A program made the translations under genes and the position numbers. A stretch of 64,000 nt of DNA from the NCBI RefSeq assembly GCF_000181795.1, contig NW_003526945.1:1771836-1835835 (forward strand), in the 5' to 3' direction. The DNA comes from Trichinella spiralis (lineage: Eukaryota). Shown in pieces: positions 33,782-44,687 of the stretch (the stretch's first letter is position 1; each line of letters starts with the position of its first letter). Below the pieces are notes generated by a model, which saw only the letters and a list, made by a program, of their open reading frames with translations, did not search any database and had not been told where the DNA came from.

Positions 33782-35180
33782 TCTTCGTTCAGATACCAAA
33801 TATGATGCTTTCAAAACAACAGCTGGATCAGTTTACCTGACTACTTTCTAAAATGTAAATAAGTAATAAATCCATGTGTTAATGTTGGTACTTATGCGTG
33901 ATAATAAATAAATAAATGATTTTCAGTATTGCAGCAAGATAAAAAAATTAATAAAATTAAAATTAATGTATAAAGGAAAAGCTTACATTAAAAGAAAAAA
34001 TAATAATTTCCTAACACGAGGACAAATACAAAAGCAATTAAAAATAATCAAGTACATGCTATAATGTATGTTATGTAAAACTTAGGAAAATGATTAAATA
34101 ACTTTTAACTTTAATAAGTAATGCATCCATTTTATTAATTATTTTATAAATTATATAAATACTTATTAAATGGTTTGAAAAATTTGTCCACAACGCATTA
34201 TACACTGACCAAATGAAGCAAACTGGAAAAAGATGATTCACAGACGAAGTTAAAATTTCTTGCCAAAAAATAAAAAATTGATTTTATTGAAAGTTTAAAA
34301 TATTTCTGTAAAAATCTGCCATTTACAGTAGATTGATAATGCTATTTTCGAGACTGAGTCAGCGTCAGTTGTCACGATAGAGCTAGCTGCAAATCTCCGC
34401 AGTGGCTATTTTTGTCAGAATTTTTGAAAGCGTTTGAACACGAGTAGCTTATTATATGTAAATGCGAACCTCAGTTGTGGCAGAGAGTTTGAGTTTGTGC
34501 TGCATTCATTGTGTCGTGCTGTCGTTGTTTGTCGCTTTGTATACTGTCCAAAATACCAGGCTGCATGTTGGTAGGTAGCTGGTAGAAGTGCCAGCAAAGA
34601 TTTTTTGTATTATCATGGGCCCTAGTAAAAGTAGCTTCCGAGCAAGCAATATTAATGCATTATTTTCATTATTAATTTTATCAAATATTTTCTACATACA
34701 ATTACAGTACGCTTTCGAACAAGCGTGGCGTGAACTAACTTTCTGTTATTTATAAACATACCAAATATATATATCTAACATTAGTATGCTGTTTTTAATT
34801 AAGAGTTTTTTAACTGAAGCAAAGCAATATCCATTTTTGAATTTACAAAATAATTCTTGATTTACTCTTACTATCGATAAATTTATAATTTATTTTATTG
34901 CAAAGGAAATATTTTAATTTCAATTTAATTTCGTTATTATAATCAATTATGTTTAATGCTTGAGAAATACTGCAGCAATTAAAATGAACCGCTTCGTTTC
35001 ATTGCCGTTGTGAAGGCAATGATAATGTTGCTTAGTTGAAACAACTTTGCATTGAATTTTACGTCACAAAAAATTGTTACGCTTTGCACCTGAACGTGTT
35101 TCAGCTATTTTCAGGCTTATTTGACAAAATATACGAGCCCCTACACTGAAATTCATTGTGCGATACCTGTTAAATTTTCA

Positions 35181-36542
35181 ATGTACTCTGCAATTCGTAA
35201 ATGTAATCCTATCGTAATGTTCTATATTCAACATCCAGTTTATTGTATTTTTCTTGTTTCAGTGGCCGGTTTGAGAGCACAAAGAAAGTTCGATTTTAGA
35301 AAATTTTGTTCATCTGTATTTGAAAGTATATCTTCTGAATCTTTACAGTCCAGAAATGTAAATCAACATGGCACTTCTATTCTTCATGAATTCAGGTATG
35401 TTGATTGTTCCAAATTCAACAGTCGCATAGTCTTGAGTCGGCATTTTTAGCTACTGAAATGCAAATGTAACTAATTAAACTTACTGATAAAAGATAATGG
35501 AATTTTTTGCAATTATAGACAGAAGTACACCTTACCTTTGTATGACAACAGTATTAATTATAGACATAGTTTTCCGGAGTTTCTTCCCGATCCAGATTTC
35601 AAAAGACGAAATACTCTTCGAGAGAAATTGGAACGCATTGACATGCTGAGGCGTCGACAGGTTCTAGATATTCCGGAGTTTTATGTCGGTATATTTCAAC
35701 TACAGATATCATAAAGCGAATTTTTTTTATTTTCGTTGACAATGCTTTTTGCAGGTAGCATTATGGCTGTCACGTTATCAGTACCTTATACGAAGGACAG
35801 AACGAACCGATTTGTTGGAATTTGCATTCAGCGAGATTTTCGCGGTTTGCGACACTTCTTCACCTTACGAAATGTCATTGACAATGAAGGTATTGTAAAT
35901 AAAGTTTTCAGCGTAAAAGGTGTATTCAGAAATTGTGAACACTTTTGAAGGCTTTGAAATTCGTTACAACTTGTACAACCCAACGGTGCGAAAGATCGAA
36001 GTTTTAAAATTGGAAAAACGTTTGGACGACGAACTGTTTTATTTACGTGATGCTCTACCGGAATATTCGACTATACCTTTCGATATGGAAGCAGAACCTC
36101 GACCAGTGGGTGCCGTGCCGCTGAACAAAACAAAAGTAATGAATTATTGAAAAAACAGGAAAAAAAAGCTAAACGGAACTTTCAAGGTAAAGTTGAAGCC
36201 TCCGCCTTGGACAAAACGCTGGGAATTGTGCGATTTTAAAGGGATTGAAGATTTCTGGCACTTGGTTACTCCTTACTATAAACTACGATACAGACGGGTA
36301 TATAACGTTTTGAAAAGATAAAGTTGAATATTTTATTTTATTGTTTTGAGACGAATATGGAACCCTGGAGAAAATATGACATCGTCGATCATTACAGAAA
36401 AGAAATATCGGCAGAAGATCAGCAACTAATATTGGACCATGTTCATGATTTCGAAAAGCAATGTCAACTGAATAAGCCCGAGATGAAAACTCGTTCCATG
36501 CTTCACAATTTGAAAGCACGTCTTGCTAAACAGCATAACTGA
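35181..36542 (+). CDS. MRPL19: Mitochondrial ribosomal protein L19 (bL19m)
   Basis: '[108 protein letters not shown]'. Confidence 0.95.
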
Positions 36543-36609
36543 AAGAAATTAATTGAATAATAAAATATCCAATTACTTATTTTACGTTGAAAAAAATGTC
36601 GTTAGAAAC

Positions 36610-37934
36610 CTAATGAAATTGTGTAGCATCCGGAAAACCTGGAACTACTACTTCCATCCCATCTAGTTGTTCAGTGAGTACAATTTGGCAGGCAAGTCTT
36701 GAACTGAAAATAATTCATCATTAAAAAACAAGAAACAGCTACAATTACTCTCACGTGTCGGTCAAACCATAGGCCAGATCCAACATATCCAATTCATCTT
36801 CACGTGGAGATGGCAAGTAATCATACTGTTCTCGTTTCAGTATTACATGACAAGTTGAGCAGGAGCACGTACCTCCGCAGATACCTAGAGAATAGAAGAA
36901 TAAAATTAGTAATAAATTATTCCGCTTTAAGCAAATTCAATAATTTAATATTTTCACTGCATACCGAAACCATCCAGAGGTATGTTCTCATTGAATACGA
37001 TATCCAAAAGTGTGTCGCCTATTTTTCCATAAGCTTTGAATTGGTCCCCATGTGACGTTAAAAATGTCACAGCTATACTGAAAATAGAATAACATATTAT
37101 AACTAAAGAAAATGTACCACAGAAAAAATACGATGCGATATGTATGAATAAAATTGCACGTGTACCTGAAGATCAGTCACTCGTTCTGTAACTATATTGA
37201 AACATTTTTAAAACATTCTTGAATTAAACAACAAGTTCAATTTGTTTTAAAAAATTTTCATCGATAGACTAATCAATTGAATTTAAATTACAAAAATCAA
37301 ATAATAGAAATCTCAGTGATAGTTGCCAAGGAAAATTATTTAAGACTTGATTTTATCAATTTTACAGACAGCCATACATTTTAAGAAACCTATAGTTGAT
37401 CACTTTGCATGTTTTTCATTTGGCAGCTGCTTTAATACTGCATGACAGATAAAAACATAAAATGTAACAAACTCTAAGAAAAGCATTTATAAAACTTAGA
37501 ACAATAAGCGCTCTGCAGGCAATACACATTCAGGAAAGCATTCTGTACAATTAAAGACAACAACATTAAACATGAGATGCTTGATTTTTCATAGTATTTC
37601 TAAATTAAACATGCTGTTATGTTAAAAAAGCCCTACAGCAGAAACGCTGACAAAGTTATATATGTATGCATGAACGTACGAAAGTACGTATGTATGTATG
37701 TATGTATGTATGTGTTTGTTTGTTTGTTTGTTTGTATGTATATTAGGCAAAGAAATAATTTCCATTTCAAACAGTGCAAAAGAATTCTTACGGCTTTTTT
37801 TCTTGACTCAGCGAACTGGTGCTCAAGCGTTGAATTTTAAAATTTTGAAAACAATATTTTAAACCGATCCACTTGAAACTCTGCTGTCGCATTCTGTACA
37901 ACTCGAACGCCAGCTTTAACTTGTGGAACCGCAT
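36610..37934 (-). CDS. Mitochondrial adrenodoxin-type 2Fe-2S ferredoxin (not in the ORF track; 4 exons)
   Basis: Manual splice gives MRFHKLKLAFELYRMRQQSFKW..SQEKKP|IAVTFLTSHGDQFKAYGKIGDTLLDIV..LDGFG|ICGGTCSCSTCHVIL..EDELDMLDLAYGLTDT|SRLACQIVLTEQLDGMEVVVP..*. It has a basic presequence, the CxxxxxCxxC motif and SRLxCQ. Confidence 0.92.
37688..37741. repeat. Compound (GTAT)n/(GTTT)n microsatellite in ferredoxin intron 1
   Basis: Directly visible tetranucleotide tandems. Confidence 0.85.
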
Positions 37935-38424
37935 TTTTAAAATACGACACTTTGTCTAAAGCAAACAATTTTCAAAATCGACGTTGAAATATTGTCAATG
38001 AGTTCGTTGCAATTGGGGTAAAAACGTGGAATGAAATTTATTTAAAAAAAACATACTTAATGTTTTATATATTCTGAAATCTGGTATAGAAGGTATATTA
38101 ACTGAAATTAAAACTTGAATTTACACAACATTAAATAGAACAATTCGATCAATTATGTCATACTGTAACGGTAGCAGTTTTTGCATTCTTACCCCATGAA
38201 TAATTTTACCTTCAAAGTTAAATTTGATTTTATATGAAATTTTAAAAACAAATTCAAAGAATTGACTAAAGACGAGTAACATTTGAATAATTATTTTTTA
38301 TTTTTCAACAATTCAAACCAAGAAACATCATATCAAAGTAAAGTTTGTTACCGTAATACTGACTGACGTCAAGCAGTAAATTTGTGAAGAAAATAAAACC
38401 ATATTAACTGGAATGCGTAAGCTT

Positions 38425-38707
38425 TACTGATAATGCAAAATGAAAACCATCACCACCAGAATGCTTGAACAAATAAAATAATTAAAAAAGATCTAAAAAA
38501 CAATTCCTTCATATTAAAACAACTGAGAACAGGAGGAACGCGTAATAATTCAATAACATATATATACTGATAATGCAAAATGAAAACCATCACCACCAGA
38601 ATGCTTGAATAAATGAAATAATTTAAAAAAGATCTAAAAAAACAATTCCTTCATATTCAAAACAGCTGAGAATATGAGGAACGCGTGATAATTCAATGAG
38701 ATATGTA
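38425..38707. repeat. Diverged ~140-bp direct tandem duplication between the PRMT5 stop and the ferredoxin start
   Basis: Both units begin TACTGATAATGCAAAATGAAAACCATCACCACCAGAATGCTTGAA, at 38425 and 38565, and align throughout with scattered substitutions and indels. Confidence 0.92.
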
Positions 38708-38774
38708 TTACGTGCAATTAGTTGTTTAAGCTACGCATGTTGAGAGGGACAAAAGCAGTTTCTCGTCAGATCAT

Positions 38775-41700
38775 TCAGAAAAACAACGCAAATGACCAAG
38801 AACGACCGTTCGGATTTTGCACCGGCAACACCGTCGGTTTGGCCAACCACCATTCGTACCAAACTTTGCCGTGTCCAGTGTTTCGCCAAAAATGAATTTC
38901 AATTTCAGCACCAGCTTTCACCATTACAGGAGTCTTGAAGAAAAATTCAAACAGAAACTCAACAACACAGCACAGATTGACAGAAAAATAATTCATCCCT
39001 TACCACCAACGGAAAGAACATTGAGAACCAACTTCTCATGTTTGGTGTGTGGTTACTGGGAAGAATACCTGAAAAAGAGAATAAACATTAAAATTTCTAC
39101 AATATACAGACAGAGTAGTTTAAAATTGCAATTCTTACTCAATGCATGATCCTTGTACAAGATGCAGTAAAAGTAGCCCAAGAAACCTGACAATTCACAA
39201 TCAATTTCCGATCGAAATTTCAATACCTTGTAAAAATTCTTCTGTTTCGGTTTTGCGTTACCTTAAACATAGCAAACAATAAACAAAAACAATGCATTTT
39301 TCCATCCCCTTTTAACATTGCAATATTGATATATGTTGCGCAAGTTAGCCGCCGTTCGGACTAGAAATTAGCAGAAAAAAATCCTTCAAACTAACATCCA
39401 ACTTTATGAGTGAATGGAAATAATGGCTTTGGGTAGTCAATGACAAATGCAGTAGCAGGATAGACAACATATCCACATTCCAAAGCATCCTGAAAACAGA
39501 ATGGCCATGTTATTTTTTTATTAATAAATTAACGCATCTTTCATTTAATAAATTAATAACGTTTACGTTATATTCCACTTGTTTACGATACTGAGCAGCG
39601 TTGTAGTGCAATTTCGGTGCATGAACCGGACTCAAATACGACTGGTAAAACTGCGGAATGCAAACCCCATCGGCTAAATTGAACAGTGAAAAGCAAAAAG
39701 AGAAAAAGGTTCACTTCCACGTTTTACGTACGTTTCAAAAATTTCATTGCTTCGTACAAACATTCTGGCGATAATTCATTGTCGCCGAACGAACCAAGCA
39801 TTTCTGAAACAATAATATCCGCCTTCGCTGGCGGCTTAAATTTTCGCACGTCACTGTGCACAATGTGCACTTTGCGATTCCATTTGGTTTTGTTCAGATG
39901 ATCAAGTCTTAATTTCAATGATGAGCAACATAAATAAGCACCAGCAATGACAATAAAAAACGTTAAAAAAATTATTTCCTTACGTGGACACTGCATTGAT
40001 ATTCTTTTCCACTGCTATCAACTGAAACGCCGGAATTGCAAAATGCTCCAACGCCTTCAACACGGCAGTGACAAGTGGTCCACGCCCAGCGCCACAAACG
40101 ATCACATTGCTAATGAACAGTATGAAATGAAACTTGCTGTTAATTTATGAAAATTCTAATTTTTCACTCACAAAAATGGAACGTCATCGCCAGATATTTT
40201 ATCAGAGATGGCTTCTTTGATGGCCATCTCGTACTGCATATATTTGACACTGTCGGTTTCGAAAACTTCATACGTCGCAGCACTGAGATCCTCAAAGAGA
40301 GGCTGCAAAGGGAGCTGCAAATAATCTCTGTAACTTCTCATCACACTAGAATTCTTTTCCATCGGCAAAACACGCTGATTTTTCTGTAACACACCATACA
40401 AACGAACAAATACAATAAATTTAAATAAAACACAATCGCATTTACGTAAAGACTGCGAACACAGAACGAGTATTCATTGACAGGAATAGTGTCCAACTGC
40501 TCCGAGTCGAATTCCAAAATTGCCCTCGATGTGCGAGCGAAAAGTATACTGAGCAATTGCCGATGGAATTCGCTGACTGTCGGCAAATCCCCTCCAGGCG
40601 ACGTTTGGAACACCTCACTGGGGATGATCAAACAGCCGATCGATTCTCCAGTCCAACGATCCAATATTTGCATATTATCGCACAGATCTGCGCCAATTTC
40701 CAAAGCCACTTCCAAACGCGCATCGTTGCCACAGGCGGTGCGCAATTGGTGATACAAATGCCATGCATCATCCGTCGTCTCGTCAATTCGATTCCACGTC
40801 AACGGCAAGCGACACCAAATCTTCAAATATGCCCATATTCAAGAAATAAACAGAAATCAAATTATTCAAAAACTACAATAAGTGAAAATTGAAAGAACAG
40901 AAAAGAAGAAAACAAAGGTCATCAGAAAAACCAAACCTAAATTCCAAACCTCTGCTTGCTATTACGCCCCCCCTCTCCTCCTCACCTTTCTCCTAGTTTC
41001 CTCCCCCCCTCCCCCTACCCCCCGTGGATATTCAATCATTGTAGATGTATTGTTGGGAATTGTGAACGATCATAACAAAGTGGAAAAATAACAACAATAA
41101 TAATGATAATAAAACGACGGTTGGGTGCCGCCACTTCCGGCCAAACCCGTAAGCCGCGGGCAAAACTATGAAACCAGAAAAAGAATCCAGTCTAGTTGCC
41201 AGAAAACCAATTAAACACAAACGCCGGACGCCGACAGCGCCACGCCCCCGCAGCTGCTGACAAAAACTGCTTCTTCGTCACGCTACCCGTATTTTGCAAC
41301 CGACCAAGCGAAAACGCTCAACCCACGTCACTGAAGCAACGTCCCAAAAGACGTTCAGCATCTTTCCTGTTCTTTCCTCTGCGTGAAGCAACAACAACAA
41401 AAAAAGCCGCATGTACAAATTCGTGACAAGCAACAGGCTTGCTTCGAATGCAAGCGACAAAGCGCACCAAGGACAGGATGCAACCGACTCGGTGGCGCCG
41501 AGTCCCATACTGCGAATGGCTGTCGCCCACACACCGACCCTCGACCCGCAAGAACCGCTCCCGTCGGTGGCAATGACCAACACTAGCATTGCCTACGTGC
41601 ACAGCCTGAATCTCGGAGACAACGATCAAAGCCAAGCGACAAGTGAACCCCGGACCCTGCCCGCTGGCAATGGTTCCCAAAGTGAACAGACCAAATCGCG

Positions 41701-43700
41701 GCACCCCTGCAATGTCTGCCTCACAAGATCGACAGAATTCATTCTGATCAGAAGAGCATTTCTTACCGTCTTCGCCTTGTTTCTACTCTGGTCAGTGACA
41801 TTTTTTCCAGCATTGTTTCTCATTTAATTAAATTAAGATCAACACTAACTACCGCGCCCCTATTTCTGTTCATAGTGTTCATTATTTTTGGATAAAACAT
41901 AGCTCGGTTTTTCCTTTTCTGAAGAAATATTTCTGGATAAAAGCAGAAAATCGAACTGGAATATTTAAATATAACAGCAAATATTCAAACAAATGCCATA
42001 ATCGAAATATGACACAAATCGTCCAGAGTACAACCATCTGGACAAAACAGGTGCATAACAAAACGAAAATTCTAGGGCCAAAACAATTATAATAGTCAAT
42101 ATTTAAATGAAAAAGGCAAATTAACTGTGCAAAGAAATCAAAGCGCTTCGTAAAAAGTAAAATTAAATTCAAATTAAAAACGTTAATCATTTAAAAAGAT
42201 CACGAATATTAAGAACAAATATTGGTTTGTAAAATAACTCAGTGACATATCATATCTCATAATCTTCTGAATATACCACTAAAAACTTTTAATAAATTAA
42301 CATGTTTATATTTAAAAATGAAATTAAATATTTCTAAAAAAAATTTCAATTTACATCCATGATATTAATTTGAAAAACTATTTCTGACATAAGCCTAATA
42401 ACGAAGCACGCAAATAGTGAACAACTTTAATTGATTTATCAAACATGTAATAAGGACGTAACAATTGTGATTAAGAAAAAATAACGCGCTGTTCAATAAA
42501 CTTGACGGCTGTCAGTCAACAGTGCTAAGACAATTTAATTTTCATTTAAATTACTACTTTAAATAAATGTATATAACAATAAAAGAATTATACTTTAGGT
42601 AGAAATTATTTATCTTAGCAATTAAAGATAATTAAAATATTACAGTATTACTCATTAAATAAATACAAGTTCATTCAGCCCTACTGTGAATCTCTTTTAT
42701 AAAATCAAAGAAAAGAAAACAAAAAATATAATTATTTCACCTTCAAAAGCGACGTTCCCAGAAAAAAATGGTTTAGAACATGAGCGAGAGGTGCCAGGCT
42801 TTCTTGAGTGAAACTGACAATCATCGCAGATAAGCCCAAATAATTTGCATATTCTAACTGCATCGTCCTCGCCTAAAAATGAAGATAGTTTTAGGTAACA
42901 GACATTTTTCCGTGCAATAAACGGACGCTACTTTAATAAAACATTGTATCTCATCTTCTTCGTGCGGTTCGCATTTAACAGGTGGAAATTCACCGACGAC
43001 CAACCGAGACCAGTTCCGAGTTTTCATGATAATATCCGGGATGCTGAGTAAAGGACAATTGTCTTTTGTAGTGGATTCTGTAGAATGCAAAGCCCGGGGA
43101 TTTTCGACAGCGATGACGGCAAAATCAATACTAAAATTTACTCATTGACAATTTAATACTTGCAAAAACTCAACAAACTTCTTGTTCTCAAGTTGAAGTA
43201 AATATCCGGGAAGACTGTATACATCTTCGGTTTTCGTGGAATATTTCATTAGGACTTTAAGACCAAGGTGAAAGTTTGTAATGTTTCTGAAATAAAAACA
43301 AAATAAAAATAAAATGAAAAAAATGTTAAGACAAATAATTTATAATATCATTACAGTTTCGATTCGAGTTTAATTACGCTTTAATTTGTTTTGAATGTAA
43401 TTTGCTAATAGTGAAAATATTAAAACTAACAATAATTCTACAAAATGACATGATAAGCTGCCGCGTACAACTATGACAATAACGTAGTTGTATAAACAAT
43501 ATAAAAAAATAAACACTCAATACCAATTCAAATAAATGTCTACCATTTAGAATGAAAAAATCAGTTCAACTTTAATTTACTCACCTGCCATCTACGGTAT
43601 CTGTCTCAGTTAAAACTTTACTCTCGCTTGTACCAAACCGATTTGATACTTCTGTCTTCATCAGATTAGCAAATCTGTCTGAATTCTGTTTGCCACTCAT
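38775..43700 (-). CDS. PRMT5: Protein arginine N-methyltransferase 5 (type II PRMT)
   Basis: TIM-barrel exons at 42741-43700 ('[23 protein letters not shown]') splice in phase 0 across intron 40821-42740 to 'IWCRLPL..'. Then '[31 protein letters not shown]', 'GAGRGPL', '[22 protein letters not shown]', and C-terminal 'KVWYEW..QNPNGRS'. Confidence 0.95.
41043..42080 (-). ncRNA. Candidate intron-hosted structured RNA of unknown class inside the long PRMT5 intron
   Basis: GC-rich core with G/U skew on the host strand in an AT-rich genome. Long-range helix GGGUGCCGC(41706-41698)/GCGGCACCC(41131-41123) plus GACGGU(41770-41765)/ACCGUC(41121-41116). Local hairpins at 42021-42043, 41486-41504, 41338-41355, 41146-41160 and 41048-41099. 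No expression data. Confidence 0.4.
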
Positions 43701-44687
43701 AATTTCGCCAAGATTTCGGACTGACTCAAACTATGAAGATATACTAGTGCATCTGTAGTATAATAGAGGAAATCAAGCTCGTGTACAAGTAACATGTACA
43801 TTTTGTATATAAACAAAATTATTAAAATAAAATATAAATTAATGAAATTTATTAAACAACATTGTTTCCATATGCATATTAATTTTTGATACAATTAAAT
43901 TTAAACATTTCTGAAAATTTTGAATAATTAAAAATATTGATTCTTTAATTAAGTTTTACGAATTTCATAAATAAAATATCAAAGAAACATTTTTATAAAT
44001 TTCATGAAATAAATTTTATAAATTAAACCTTATCTGTCTAATTATCACTATTAGCACTGACAAAAAAATGTTAAAAAAAACAGGAAAAAATTTAAAAATC
44101 CATTTTTTATCATAAAAAGTTAAAATTTAATGGATCAATAAAACTTCCTTATTATTAAGAAGATATTTATGCGATATTTATATTTGTAATTCAAATTTTT
44201 GTATAATGATAATTACATGCAGTTTTCACTGGCAAAAATTTACTATAAAATTGAAATTTTTAATGCATAATACTTAAAAAAAATATTATTAACAAAATAA
44301 GTTTGTTTATTTTGATAATTCAAAAATTATACTCAAAACAATGAATTTCTTATTTTTGTATTTCATGTGTAATCAAGATTAAATACTGTACTGTAGTCAC
44401 TTTTCTTAGGGTATCAACGTTGTAGCTGTTGTTGTTTTAACGGTATTGTCATGATATGTAGCTTATAATTCGTTTCTATAAAAGCATATTTATCATACGT
44501 TTCCAAAATAGACCCGAAGTTTTTATGTTACATGTAATTGTTAATTAGGTGTTTATGTTAGGCCGCTTAATGTAAAGCAAACGTTTAAAATTTATGGAAA
44601 TAAAGTTTATGATTTGAAAAAATGTCTATGTAGTTTTAAGCTGTTGTAATTGATTTCTTGTATTTCTTAGAAGCTATAATTGCGGAA

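Noticed and set aside
37167..37186. 20-nt micro-exon in ferredoxin intron 1
   Set aside because: Flanking exons join in frame without it, and splice-like sites are frequent by chance in this composition.
41600..41700. RNase P/MRP CR-V-like strings (CGGGGUUCACU, AUUCAGGCU) in the intronic element
   Set aside because: No matching CR-I (GAAAGUCCCC or GGAAnnUCUGAG) at a suitable upstream position to form P4.
41771..41787. AGUAGAAACAAGGCGAA, partly complementary to U5 snRNA loop I
   Set aside because: Interrupted complementarity, and not positioned next to a D box or within an H/ACA pocket.
41032..41827. Overlapping 60-140 aa ORFs on both strands inside the PRMT5 intron, read as a nested gene
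   Set aside because: No recognisable domain and no consistent frame. Open frames are expected in stop-poor GC-rich sequence, and PRMT5 splices cleanly across the region.
42390..42398. TAAGCCTAA, a TTAGGC telomerase-template-like 9-mer in the PRMT5 intron
   Set aside because: It is on the strand opposite the host transcript and in AT-rich sequence outside the structured core; plausible by chance.
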